A stretch of DNA of 57,977 nt, filler included, from Dugesia japonica (lineage: Eukaryota): assembly GCA_001938525.1 (NCBI GenBank). It is 5 parts of 5 records of this genome, joined end to end, with 100 filler letters (N's around TTAATTAATTAA, not from the genome) between each part and the next. Parts side by side here need not be neighbours in the genome. Positions count along the whole stretch, not along the records: positions 10,696 to 27,573 come from MQRL01641943.1; positions 27,674 to 38,641 come from MQRL01601794.1; positions 38,742 to 49,563 come from MQRL01582905.1; 2 more parts are not named here. One strand, 5' to 3'. The notes below the pieces were generated by a model. That model was not told the origin of the DNA, searched no databases, and was given only the letters and a program-made list of their open reading frames with translations. Positions 26,795-40,211 of this stretch are shown here, piece after piece; position 1 is the stretch's first letter; every line of letters starts with the position of its first letter. The position numbers and the translations under genes are program-made.

Positions 26795-26829
26795 AAATCG
26801 ATATTTCGACCTTGTCTTCGTCAGGATTT
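26795..26829 (-). ncRNA. Intact minimal (PLE-type) hammerhead ribozyme motif
   Basis: Minus strand AAATC-CTGACGA-A-GAC-AAG-GTC-GAA-ATAT-C^GATTT: CUGANGA and GAAA cores, 5-bp helix I, 3-bp helix II, palindromic ATAT helix III, AUC cleavage triplet. Confidence 0.78.
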
Positions 26830-27573
26830 TCATTATTAATATTATTTTCATTATTAATATTTTTCTTATTTTATTAATTGATTTCTTTAATTGTATTTTT
26901 TTTGATAAATTTTCTTTTGATTGATTTNNNNNNNNNNNNNNNNNNNNNNNNNNNNNNNNNNNNNNNNNNNNNNNNNNNNNNNNNNNNNNNNNNNNNNNNN
27001 NNNNNNNNNNNNNNNNNNNNNNNNNNNNNNNNNNNNNNNTTTAAAAATATTTTTTTATTTATTATTTATTTTTTCATAATTTGAAAACCATTATAATGTT
27101 TATATTTATTTTACTTATTTTTTAAAAATTCTTTTTCGTTTTTATTTATTCATTTTATTTTTCAATATTTTTTTAATTTGAAACAAATTATATTGTGCAT
27201 ACTGTAATTTTAAATCAATATATTGTTGTGTAATGTGTGACTTCAATAACATTTAAGTATTTAGTACTGAATTCTATGTAATTTTCAATAACTTTTTTGT
27301 AATTTATTTTGATTTATAAATAGATTTTTTTGAATTCTNNNNNNNNNNNNNNNNNNNNNNNNNNNNNNNNNNNNNNNNNNNNNNNNNNNTTTTTTTCCAT
27401 TAATTTTAATTTTATTTAATTATTTTCTTTTTTAGTATTTTTCTTAATTTTTAACTTTTTATTAATTAATTTAATTTATTAATTAATTTTTATAATCGCT
27501 TTTTCTTTTATTAACTGTTCATTTCATGACTTTATTTTAAAAAAAAGAAAAATATCGGAATACCACTGCATTT

Positions 27574-27673
27574 NNNNNNNNNNNNNNNNNNNNNNNNNNN
27601 NNNNNNNNNNNNNNNNNTTAATTAATTAANNNNNNNNNNNNNNNNNNNNNNNNNNNNNNNNNNNNNNNNNNNN
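27574..27673. other. Artificial scaffold linker
   Basis: N44-TTAATTAATTAA-N44. Confidence 0.95.
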
Positions 27674-28917
27674 CAATATTCGCAAATTTAATGATAATAG
27701 TAATAATCGTAAAACTTTGAAAACTGTTTTCTCATTGAATTGTTGCGCGATCCNNNNNNNNNNNNNNNNNNNNNNNNNNNNNNNNNNNNNNNNNNNNNNN
27801 NNNNNNNNNNNNNNNNNNNNNNNNNNNNNNNTTAATGTGTCCTGACTATACTTCAGTGCAAGAGTGTGTGTGGCAGGTTTTCTTATCATAACGATTCTTG
27901 ACAGATTTATATAATACTGCGATGACTGGATCTACAGTGAGACACACACGGTTTCATCGAGTGATTTTTAGTTAGTAGTAATCTATTAACTGCAACTCTG
28001 TCGTTTGGTAATTCCGGAATTTATCTATTATGTAATTAATTGGAGATTTCCCAACTTAACTTNCTCGCGAGTGGAATTTCTTAGTGGAATCCAAAGTTTG
28101 TTACATATACCCATGGTCTCTCGATCAAAAGGTAATTACAGAATTAATCATCATTTAATTGAACGCAGAAACTTATTAGATTCAGCCATTCCACTATTGC
28201 GAACACCGTGAAATTTAAATCGAATATTGCAGCTGTGTGGTCGGCCGGATTGCTGGTTCATTTATAATTTAAAAACTGATCGCTGGTTAAACTGTTTCCA
28301 CTCTGACTCCTAAATTTCACGGGTTAGGTTTCTATATCAAATAAAATTTAGTCGGTTCATTTTGTTTATTATTAATTATTATAAAAATTTTTTAAGCTGA
28401 AGTTATTCTTATTTTTTCTCAATATCTTTTTATAAATTGACGACACCAGAACAAATATTAAGTACTGACAGTATTCCTGCCCAAAATTTTATGTATTAAA
28501 TATTAATTGTTATGAATTTATAATCTAACAAATTAAGAGGTTGAGCACAAATACATTTATTAACTTAAGTAATATCCGGTTTTTTCATATAATAAAACAT
28601 TGATACAAATAAAATAATACATTACTTTGTGCTATCGAACCAAAGTTTCCTGCAACGGGTTTCTGGTGGTTAGTGAATATCGAGTTGACGAGTTCGGATT
28701 ATGGTCCTGGTATCCTGTTCTTTTCNTTCTTCTTGAAACAAGAAATATTACCCACACGTAAATAGAAATTTTAATTTACTCTTAGTTTCTGATATCGAAT
28801 GATATAATTGATGCGCGATAACCTCGTAATATAGCTAATTCCTTGTTAATTCGTGGATTTAGATAAGTTACAGTTCATTTTTTTTCGGAGTTCTTTGCGT
28901 ATGTAAATATGCAAAAA

Positions 28918-29150
28918 TTTATTATTTTTCTGCTAAAACCAGGGGTCCTTTTATAGGATTTTCTGGTGCAACTCGGCATCATTCTTATTGGAGAGTATTT
29001 TTGTTTTCAAATACCAGTGTTTCATTGGTGCCAGAGTTGTAATTTTGGAAATTTTGTAGAGTTTTAGAACTCTGATTGGTAGGAATTTTTAGAGGGCTAT
29101 GTGATGGTTCCTTCTTTGTTTTATATTTATTTTTAGGTATCCGATTGGTC
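28918..29150 (-). promoter_or_regulatory. LTR-like promoter: four CCAAT boxes, TATAAAA, then AATAAA
   Basis: On the plus strand, ATTGG at ~29144, 29075, 29025 and 28987; TTTTATA at 28949-28955; TTTATT at 28918-28923. Confidence 0.35.
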
Positions 29151-30584
29151 TAATCTTGAGGACCCTACAGCAACCCTTTGGAAAGTGGTAGGTNNNNNNN
29201 NNNNNNNNNNNNNNNNNNNNNNNNNNNNNNNNNNNNNNNNNNNNNNNNNNNNNNNNNNNNNNNNNNNNNNNNNNNNNNNNNNNNNNNNNNNNNNNNNNNN
29301 NNNNNNNNNNNNNNNNNNNNNNNNNNNNNNNNNNNNNNNNNNNNNNNNNNNNNNNNNNNNTTTTCTTTATTGCTTTTCTTCGTTGATTAATATTAGATTA
29401 ATAATTCTCTTAATTAAATATTATGATGGCTGGTTATATTATTCACATTTATCAACTTTCTTCATTTAGTCTTTGATTTAATAGTTGTCCTTGTTTTNNN
29501 NNNNNNNNNNNNNNNNNNNNNNNNNNNNNNNNNNGTAACACACTTTCCTTATTTCGCGTTTGATGACCCCGTGGGTTTGATTCGCTTTATCTGGGTGTTT
29601 CACCCCAACACTGCCAATAATCCCTTTTAATTTTAAATTAATTTTATTATACACAGAATTACTGAAAGAAGACCGAATTGAATAAACAGTTAAGCATTGT
29701 ACAGGCTTTATTAAATTGAAGATTTAAATAAAGAGACATTAATTGCATTAAAAAAGAGCATATGAAGATATTCAAGTGTTGCTAGCCAAGAATTGTACAT
29801 GATTTGCCGCCGTAATGTTCGTGTAAAAGGATTTTTTTTTAATCGAGGTTTTTGTTAAAGCGGGGGTTTCTTTATATATGAAAGGCCTTATCGTTGCCGG
29901 GACGACGAAATACATTCTCTAAAGGGTGTTTTGTGAAAACGGGGTTCAACTGAATATAAAATTATTTTTATTCGTTTTGCAATATTCCATTGTTGAATAC
30001 TGTCAGTATATTTGTGTAGTTAATGACGAGTAAAANTAAAAATGGTAACTCTTACATTATTTTGAGATAAGATAAAGGAATAATTATAGTTCAGTCAATT
30101 AAGTCAAAATCGATTACAAAAAATTATCATTATCTCATGTACAACATTGATTATTTTAAACACAGTTTTGCTAGAGTATAATTTATTTTATCGCTATCAC
30201 TGAAAACAGATGTCATTTTATTGAAGAATTATTATTGCTTCTTTAAGATATTTTAACCCGGGTTTTATTAAATTGTTAGCCTTTATTTAACTTTTATTAC
30301 ATAATTAAATGCAATAAAGCAAACACAAAGATAAAGTAAATATTACATAATAAGAATCATTAATAAAATGGGTTGTAATGAAAAAAAATAAACATTTTAA
30401 ATAAATATTTAGAATATCAAAATAAAACAATACACTAATTTTATTGGAACAATAATAATAAAAATTTCCTTTTATGACAAATCGGAATCTTGCATCTGCA
30501 AACAAATTGAAAATTGTTTTCATGTTTCCTCTCAACCTTTCTTGTTTTGGCAGTTACCATTTTATTCCAAAAATTCTAACATTT

Positions 30585-31356
30585 TCATTTGAGATTCTTC
30601 CGCAATCGAGGATCATTAGGATATTGACTAATCAAAAATTCTATATCTGAATATTTAGTGTCAATTAACTCCAACTTCGGTGGTGGACGATATAAAGAGC
30701 AATCAATGTCCATCAAAGATTCCATATCTTGTTTCTGAGAATCAGTAACTTCATTATTATCCACGTTTGTCTAATTAAAATTAATTTTTATCATTAATCA
30801 ATTACCAATTTTACTTTAAAAGAGTTTGAATATAATAAATACGAATCAGATACAAAGTAGCCACGTTCAGCTTTCTCAGCAGGTAAAACAAGCATTTCCT
30901 TTAACCCAAGGTAAGCTTTAAAATCAAATTGTTTATTAAACAAATTTATTTTAACATCACCTTTACGGTCGAGCTTATCTCTAAGCAGATCATTACTATC
31001 TTTGTCACAGACCTCGTGGAAAACTTCATTCCTGACATATGACTCGCAATTCAATTTACTGACACACTTTTTAGATTTCACTAAATTCAACTTAGCGTCT
31101 CTTAGAGCATTGCTTTGATTCGAGCAGTTGACACTAATTAACGCTAAATTTTTAGTGGATTTCTTAATATTATAATTTGTTACCTCTCTAAGAACACATC
31201 GTTTCTTAGGTGAAGATTGTTTACATGGATTTAATTCTCTGCTCGACCTTTTTAACTAAACCGAATGTAAATTTAAACACTTGTAGCATAACTTACTTTT
31301 ACTAAAAGAGGCTTCATTCTACTTGGCACTGCAAATTTAACAAGAGACTTCTGCAT
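30585..31356 (-). CDS. Intact three-exon orphan gene (228 aa) with a D-box and a CDK-type site
   Basis: Exons 31356-31297, 31255-30815, 30770-30585; introns of 41 nt (GTAAGT..TTAG) and 44 nt (GTAAAA..TTAG), both phase 0, give one stop-free frame MQKSLVKF...SSPKKRCVLREVTN...DIDCSLYRPPPKL...NLK*; in-frame stop upstream of the ATG. Confidence 0.75.
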
Positions 31357-33670
31357 TATAATAGTAGTGATTGATTTCTATCTATTTTTAAAAATGGCGA
31401 CTTCCTCTAAAAATATGCTATTTATATACTACAATGATGTATTTAAACAATCAAAGAATTTTGAAAATAATTAAATTTTTTAAAAATTGATAATGACAAG
31501 GGTTTAAATGACCTTAAATAATTTGTGTTATATGAATTTAACAATTTTTGAACTTGTTTAAATTTAATTTCATTAATATTATTTAGATGGTTATAAAATT
31601 CATATGCTTAACAGAAGAATATCAAGTATATTGTGTTATTCCATTTCAATAGGAATAGTTTCAATTATTGTGTATATAATAGATATTAAGTTATGACGGC
31701 CATTTAAAAATATTTAGATATGATATCAAGCGGCAAAAATGTTCGTGGGAAAAATAGTAGAAAGTTAGAATCATTTTTTTAATAAATAAAAAATTTAGTC
31801 TAATATATTGTTAAATTTCGTGTGTAAGAAATAACAATATTAAATGCTGGTAATATTTAAATATTTAAATAAATAACATAATATGATAATAATAATAATA
31901 AATAAATTAGAGAACGAGTTTGTACTAATTAAACTTTATTAAATAAAATCGATAAATTTACAACACGATTTGATAAAAATTACAATTAAAATAAGGCTCA
32001 CTAGATATTTTGCAAAAGCAAAAATCGCTGTATATAAATTTTCGTTGAAAGATAAATACCGGTATTACAATACCGTTCTAATAAGAATGAATGTTAGGAC
32101 TAAGTATTTCTTCACCNNNNNNNNNNNNNNNNNNNNNNNNNNNNNNNNNNNNNNNNNNNNNNNNNNNNNNNNNNNNAATAAATCAGTATATAAAAACTAT
32201 TTATTATCTAATCCCTTTTATGATAAAATAATAAATGGTAGGAGTAACCAGAACTGATTCTCGTTACCACAAAATATTAAAATTTAAAAGACTTATGAAA
32301 TCAAAAATAATATTACCTGACAAACTGCTATTTTTCAGCAAATAATTTAAAATTAATTTAAATATTAATTGCTAGATTATTTTTTTGTGATTTTGAAATC
32401 AGTATTTATACTGATTGAACATAATCTCCAGGTGCTTTTATCCTCCTTCTCTACTGCTAATCTTAACAATTACCGAAAACAATTTCAATACAACATCTGC
32501 ACAAATATTAAGTGCACTCATTCCCATTCCCATTGCTAATCCTAGAAATTTATATTTTAAAACTGAATAAATTATAAAAACTATCAATGTAAGCCTACCT
32601 TACAACACCAACATATTATCCCCCAATAAATATGTTTTCATTTTGAAAACTAATATATTTAAATTATTTAGTATTAAATTATTTATTACACATTCGTATT
32701 TGGATTGCAATAATAAAATGTTATAAGGATAGTGCGGAACGGTAGTAGCTGAATATAGCTAGAGTTCCCATTTTGAATTGATATATTGAATTGATGCCAT
32801 TGTTGAGCTGAATTGGCAACAGTGATGAACGGGAATAGCTGGTAACACTATGGCTCTCACTATCCAGTTATTTACTGTTTACTTGTACTAGGACTAGGTT
32901 GAGAAGATTTATTCTTCTTTGGTTTGGTTGGAGGAACTTGGGCGAGTTTCTTAGGATTTGGGATCAATCGTGACAGTTTGATATTCATTTGCCTTGCTGC
33001 AAAGTTTTATGTGACAACTAGTGAGTCTCTAGTTTTTTTATCTACTAGCACCACAGAAGATACATTGTATTTTCGATCGTTAATTTCTAATGGTCTTTTA
33101 CTACGACTGCTGTCTAGTATAGCAGTATGATTAACTTTCCTTCCATCATAAACCTCAAGGCGGTTTTCCCAACTAGCACCTGATCTCTGGAAATAAATAG
33201 GGTCTGATTCGTTTAGATCTAAACAATTGCTGTACTTGGAAAAAATTTCTTCTTAAGGTGGTTGTAAACCTCTTGCCTTACGCATGGTTTCCTCATCAGC
33301 TGGTTCTTTTTTAATTATGGGTGCAGGCTCGTTTCCCTGATTTTCATCTTCTAGTAGCAGAGCTTCCACTATTTTGACGATTTCGATGCCTCTATATTAT
33401 TTGCTTGAATCTTCTTTTGAAGCTTCTGGTGATGTTGGTTGCATTGGATTTTCATTCTGCTTTTCGTGATCCTTGCCTGTATTCATATCTTCCGTTTTCT
33501 GTAACGAGATGCTTGGAATTGGACCGAGTTCATCGTCTTGGTTATTTATTGGGGACAATGATATTAATCTGTACACTGATTCTTTACGCATTTGTCCTAG
33601 GTTGCTATTGCTGGTGGACAATTTAGGTATCTAATTTCTGGTATAACTAGTGATGTGATCTTCCCATTGA

Positions 33671-34213
33671 TCACGCATTTTCACAAAGTTTTCTAATCAA
33701 TCGGGCATCTGTTTCTGATTTTAGGTCGATGGTTGTGTCATATTTTCGTTGGTAATATTTACTTTTGCAAATATGCGATTCTATAGGCCTCTTTCCATTT
33801 TTGAAATCTAAGTTTTTCAAAGCATTTGCTTCTCCTAGATGTCTGATTTCTAAATCTCTTGAGTAAGGAAATCTGACTGCTTCTAAAAATTCATAGACTA
33901 TTATGCCTACTAAGATTCTTTCGTCGAGGAGTTTTCTAATTTTCCCCTTTGCGTCTTACCCATCCCAGCCCCCATGGACTTGTTACTCTTGTAGTCCATG
34001 TGTGTGTGATTGATAATATTTGACTGGTTCCTTGTGAGTAACTATCAAGTTGATGAGTAATTCTCCATCAAAATCCATTACTGTTACCAAGGTTGGAGTA
34101 AGTTTTTCTCGAATTTTACAATAATATGCAGCGACAAAGCAAGTTAGCTTGTCTTCTTGAAGCTGCGTCAAAGGTAATCGCACGAAGGACTTCATTGTTT
34201 TCATATTGTTCAT
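33671..34213 (-). pseudogene. DEDDh (REX4/ISG20-like) exonuclease-like domain in a decayed intronless ORF region (~32750-34680)
   Basis: VTVMDFDGELLINLIVTHKEPVKYYQSHTHGL...KIRKLLDERILVG...IRHL...ETDARLIRKL parallels VSIV..G....D..V.P..PV.DY.T..SGI...LL..RILVGH...IRDT...EDAR; two in-frame stops. Confidence 0.55.
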
Positions 34214-35778
34214 GTTTACATTGTAAGTCTACAAAAAAACGTGACTTGTGGCTTGACTATGCTTAGTATTTCGATTACTATCATAGTATCATCTTTTTCA
34301 CTTTGAAACAATAGGCGTTTCTCCCTTCATTTATATTACTCATATTACTTATTTCTTCCTAGATAATTGCATTTGTCCAAATGTATTCGACCTTCAGCAC
34401 CTGGGCTTATTGATGTATTGAATCAGAATGTTAGAAGTTTTGTTCTCTTGTTTAATCTCCGGAAACATATCAAACAGACATGCTGTTTTTCTGGCGGACA
34501 TGACAGATATGCACATGATCCGTTTCAATGTACTGTGAAATTTAAAATTGTTTGGAATATCTTCGGTTTTGTAAATATCATAGTTCTGATATTCATGCTT
34601 TTCCTTAAAGAAATTGCTTTCTATTTTCCGTGAGTAGGAAGATAGTAGCGCTCTAGCACAGTAACAATTATCGCGCACCCCCTTAGCAAAAAATCATAAC
34701 ACTGTGCTAGAATTTTGGTATGAGTTGTCCTGGATTTCTTTTAAAGATTTATGGGATGATCAGATTTTTGATCAGATCATTTTTTTATTGGGACCGGGAA
34801 AAGTTGATCCTGGGGGGATTTGATTTTTTAAATTAGTGTGTGTTTAGAAATTGGTTGTGGGCAATTTGAAGTTGGTTAGGTGGAGATAGTGTGTCTGTTG
34901 GTGTGTGTAAGAGTAAAAGAGGACTTGAGAAGGGTGTGGGGGTATTGATTTTCATTTTTTACGGGTTTTATGCTATAGGCGTGTTGGAATCAAAATGCTG
35001 TATATAAAGTCTAAAGAACTTATGGGGTAAGATACATGGTTCAGTATACAAGGGGTGGTAGCGCACTAGCACATCGTATGAGTTATCACGCGTTCATTTT
35101 TGAAAGGGTGTATATTTGTGGGTAATTTGATGGTTTGTTGGAAGGGTAATGTGATGGGAAGTATGGTGGTTGTAAGGTGGAGGGTTATTGAGAAATTTTT
35201 AATCGATAATTTGATTTGTTAATTTTTATAAGTAATATAAAGGTTTCATTAAAATAAAGAAAATGTTTCGATCAAAATAAAATGTATTTGTAAAGAAATT
35301 TAATTTTTTGACACTTGTCTTCTTCCGGAATGATGGCTTTCTGATGTATTCAACATGATTTCTACAAAATTTTTAATATTTTATCAAGATTTTATTGGTC
35401 TATTTAAATTATAACTTTTTTGTAAAATTAAATCTCAAAAATTCTTTTTAATTAAATTTAATTGAAAATCTCTTAAATTTTTTTAAAATAATTTTTAAAA
35501 AAAATAAATTAATCCATTAAAGTATTAAAATATTAATATAATATAATATTTAGATGTGTATTTTATTAATATTAAAATTTTACAATATTGAAATATATTT
35601 AATAATTTTTTTTATTAAAATTTTTTTAGTTATTTTAATTATTAAGAATCTTTGAAAAGGTTTATTTATTGAAAACTTTTAATTATTGTAATTATTTAAA
35701 ATCTTTGAAAATGTTAATTATTGAAAAAAATATTNNNNNNNNNNNNNNNNNNNNNNNNNNNNNNNNNNNNNNNNNNNN

Positions 35779-36440
35779 TGAGGCTGAATTACGATGACTT
35801 CAACCAGGGGAATGTTATTGTTGTGGTGAGTCCGGTTATGTCAAGAACAACTGTCGATTAAATAAGTGTTGTTTGATATGTGGTAATTGTAGCTTATTGC
35901 AAAATAACACAAGAAAGGTTCAGTGTATTCATGAAGAAAATAATTCAGACGATCTAGCATTAAGTTATGACGATATGAAACATGATGAAAGCAGAGATTT
36001 CGAAGAGAAAAAGATTGGAGCTATTATACATGATCAAAACACAAATAGAGAAGATCATAATTTAAACGACAGACGCTCCATGGCATACATTTTGTCTGTG
36101 TAGTCGTTGAATTCAATGCTGGAAATGCAGGAAATCGAAATGTTATGATGTTCAAGAAAGCAGATGGTAGATGGTGGAGTTTGGTTGAATGTTGTGGAAC
36201 GATTATAGATATGTTATAGGATACGGGCTCAGCAGTAACGGTGAAGTCACAAGATACGTGTAGAATGTGTGGAAATTCTATCTTACGGCAATCAGACATA
36301 TCTCTGAGAGAAGCATTCGGTGCTAAAGCAATAAGATGTTTAAGAGAGTTTAAAGCTTTGGTTAGTTGGAATGGAATGATTAAGAATATCCAGATTATGG
36401 TAGTTAAAGATATAAATCCGAGTTTTGTTGGTGGTATTAT
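35779..36440 (+). mobile_element. LTR retrotransposon gag zinc knuckle and aspartic protease remnant
   Basis: CYCCGESGYVKNNC and ML*DTGSAVTV; many stops. Confidence 0.7.
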
Positions 36441-36449
36441 GTTGGTAGA

Positions 36450-37286
36450 AACCATTGGTCTTTGTGACTTATTGTATTCGTTTGACCTCTCCACAAGTTG
36501 TCTTTTCTCTGAAACCTGCAGTCCTCTATTTGAGTTGTAATACTGTCTCCAATGATTATTTACCAATGGTTGATTATTTGTGGTATATTGTGTCTAATTA
36601 GCTTTTTAATACCTGTTACTGTTGCGTATGTTGGCCTATGTTCTCTTTTGCCATCTTCAATTGAAATAACGTCTGACGTTTTTTCAATACTCATTGAATT
36701 TTCGAAATTTATTGTCAATTTTTCAATTTTTTCCAAGTACATATCTGGGTTCATTGCAACTGACTCCTTTACTTTCCGGGAGCACATTCATTTGGAAATT
36801 ATATCCTTCACAATCATGTCTTCTGTTTGCTTCCCCGTCAAAACTTCTCTTACCAACTTCCTCACTCTAATAGCAAAATTCTCATACCTTTCATTTGATT
36901 GTTTTATTAACTTGGCTCAAATCGTCGATCTTTTGCAAAAAGGTTTTCGACTTGATGTACTTTGAACTATACCAATTTCTTGTATCTTCANNNNNNNNNN
37001 NNNNNNNNNNNNNNNNNNNNNNNNNNNNNNNNNNNNNNNNNNNNNNNNNNNGCAATAAATCGAATGTTGCAGATAAATTTAAAGAATTTATGGTAACAAA
37101 ATCTTCAATTGATTGTAGCCACTCTTTTGCATCTTCTTCATTGTAGCCAAAAAACGTTTTGGTTATTGGAAAAATTATTTTTTGAACATTCTTTGGCAAT
37201 AATTCCACAATTTTTATCCGCTGCTGACTATTTGTGAGAACTGTGATTTCGGCGTGTTCACCAGTTACAATACCATCTTGACACAT
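36450..37286 (-). mobile_element. LTR retrotransposon gag remnant (opposite orientation)
   Basis: FFGYNEEDAKEWLQSIEDFVTIN (gag F.G...ED...WL..IE motif), followed by decayed gag-like frames. Confidence 0.6.
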
Positions 37287-38641
37287 TAAATAATAATACG
37301 CTTTNNNNNNNNNNNNNNNNNNNNNNNNNNNNNNNNNNNNNNNNNNNNNNNNNNNNNNNNNNNNNNNNNNNNNNNNNNNNNNNNNNNNNNNNNNNNNNNN
37401 NNNNNNNNNNNNNNNNNNNNNNNNNNNNNNNNNNNNNNNNNNNNNNNNNNNNNNNNNNNNNNNNNNNNATTCTCACAATAATTGTAATTATAGTATAAAA
37501 ATGTTTAAAAAAGTTTTCCATTGAGGGAAACGTGTATGGGCAATTAATTATTGGTGATTATAAGATTTAAATGAATTTTCTCTGTGGGCTGGGGTTAGAA
37601 TAATGATTTTTTGAAAAATGGTGATTTTTAATAAAAAATGATGAATTTATTTAAAATGTTGTTTTATGAAAAATATATGTATTTTTCGAGGAGTCTGGAC
37701 ATTTATGTAAAACATGGAACTGCTTTTATATTTATTTATGAGATTGTAGCAGTATTGATTTTTTTGCAAGAGATTGGGCAGTCTTAATATGTTCCGGGCA
37801 GTCTAAAATTTAAATAAATAACTTTAAATTAATTAATTTAAATTAAATTTAATTAACATGATACAATATTCAAGGAGGAGAGTCTTTCATTTACAAATAT
37901 ATCTATTAAAAATAATCAAAGTGGGGAGTCTTTGAGATATTTCTATTATAAAATATATTTATTACAAATAACCATAGAAGGAAGTCTATGGATAAATACA
38001 TGATACAATATTCAGAGTGAAACGTTTCTTTAAAAAATACATAAAAGTTTGGACCTTTTCTTCATAAAATCATAAAAACATAGAACCTTTACTTGAAATA
38101 TAAAAGCTTATAACTTTTCTTTAAAAATCATAAAAACATGAAACTTTTTTAAAAAAAATCATAAAAGAGTAGAANNNNNNNNNNNNNNNNNNNNNNNNNN
38201 NNNNNNNNNNNNNNNNNNNNNNNNATATATATATATAAACTTACAAGTAAATATTTTCATGACTGCATTATTTATATAGTAACCGTGTAATATGAGGTAG
38301 TCATGTAAATGCATGCTCGCGACATGTTTATGTCATGTTCATAAATATATAGGAATTTATTAAAAATAAACATATTCTATTTATAATTCAGATAACAAAT
38401 CATATCATTTAAAACAAATTACACCCAATCATAAATTAAAATGAATAAGAACCATTCATTTCCTTTAAAATAGTTAACGACTAATAGAAACTAACAAATA
38501 ATAAGTATGTATGTATGTATCGTTACGAGTATATAAGCAGTAGTTTTTGTTGTATAAATCCCTTTTACAGTTCAAATTTATTCTCAATAAGTAGGGGGAT
38601 AGCGGCACACTGCCCGCACTTGCATGGCACTGGTCCCCCCC

Positions 38642-38741
38642 NNNNNNNNNNNNNNNNNNNNNNNNNNNNNNNNNNNNNNNNNNNNTTAATTAATTAANNN
38701 NNNNNNNNNNNNNNNNNNNNNNNNNNNNNNNNNNNNNNNNN
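38642..38741. other. Artificial scaffold linker
   Basis: N44-TTAATTAATTAA-N44. Confidence 0.95.
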
Positions 38742-39171
38742 CAGACATTTTATTAAAAGTTAATATGAAATAATAATATTATAAATATAAATGTTTGCTG
38801 GAAAAATCAAAGTAACTCTTTCTATCCTTCGATTGGACCCTCCGGGTTAATATTAATAGTAAGACGAAATAACTCTTTTTTAGTAAACGTGAATTGATGT
38901 TCTTCTGGAGCATTATTAATCATTATATAAATTGGAAAAAGATATAAATCAGTATATCCATTAAATAATAAATGTATTTGTTCTAATGGTTTTTTGAAAT
39001 AAAAAAAAAGTTCTAATGGTTCTTTAAGAAAATAATATTTATATGCTTTTCCTAAAGTAGTAAAAGATTTAAATATTCCTTTGCTTTTTATTATAAATGG
39101 AGTTAATCCGGAATGACATGGTAATGGGAAGCCGTTGGGATCATTCTTTCTAAATAAAGTGGTTAATTTAA

Positions 39172-39683
39172 TTGGAAATCCTAAATGATAATGAAGGTGG
39201 AAATAAAAATATTTATCCAGACTTGGAAAAATATATTTACAAAGATCAAAAATATACAATTCAAGATTTAANNNNNNNNNNNNNNNNNNNNNNNNNNNNN
39301 NNNNNNNNNNNNNNNNNNNNNNNNNNNNNNNNNNNNNNNNNNNNNNNNNNNNNNNNNNNNNNNNNNNNNNNNNNNNNNNNNNNNNNNNNNNNNNNNNNNN
39401 NNNNNNNNNNNNNNNNNNNNNNNNNNNNNNNNNNNNNNNNNNNNNNNNNNNNNNNNNNNNNNNNNNNGGAACTTTAGGTGTAGGAGGATTAATTCCAATT
39501 ATTTTAACTAGTGTAGTTTCTTGTATTCCAGTAATTGGTACCTTGAATTCATATTTAATAAAAGCAAAAAAGAAAAAGTATAAAGATTTAATTCATGAGT
39601 TAAAAACAGTTAAAAATAAATTATTTTTATTTCAACAAAAAGCTTTATCTGACGATCTTTTAACAGATGAGAAATATCAATAA
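39172..39683 (+). pseudogene. Hypothetical membrane protein resembling a Polinton-associated accessory ORF (interrupted by gap)
   Basis: NIYPDL...[gap]...TLGVGGLIPIILTSVVSCIPVIGTL (hydrophobic), KAKKKKYKDLI, KALSDDLLTDEKY; resemblance from memory only. Confidence 0.35.
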
Positions 39684-40211
39684 GCAAAAATATGGTAAAA
39701 CAAGTTAAAGATTTAATTTCACATGAAAAAATTAAAGAAGTTAAAATTGAAANNNNNNNNNNNNNNNNNNNNNNNNNNNNNNNNNNNNNNNNNNNNNNNN
39801 NNNNNNNNNNNNNNNNNNNNNNNNNNNNNNNNNNNNNNNNNNNNNNNNNNNNNNNNNNNNNNNNNAAATTACAATTTAATTTTAATTTAGAAATTGACTC
39901 ACGTGTTAACCGCTTTATTAATTTAGATTTAATAAATCGGTAACCGCGGTCACTACTTTATATTAAATTACAATTTAATTTTTGTTTTAAAGCTTACTAG
40001 ATATATTAATTAATGAGGAAGAAAGACGTGAAGAGAATGTGTGATTCATACCTTCTTCAACGTCCCCAGAATAAATTACAAAAATCAAAATAAATGTAAA
40101 TAAATGTAAAGGCCAGACAAATTAATAAACATTAATACTATTATATTTACTTACCCTTTGATAATTAGAAATTGTAATTATAAAGAAATTAACAAATTTT
40201 AAATATTCAGG

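Noticed and set aside
30660-30720. LYRPP motif as a LINE AP-endonuclease
   Set aside because: Lacks the following GDFN motif and is explained as exon 3 of the spliced orphan gene
36024-36965. Longer ORFs 36024-36566 (-, 180 aa) and 36552-36965 (+, 137 aa) as membrane proteins
   Set aside because: They are antisense shadows of decayed gag/protease sequence on the opposite strand
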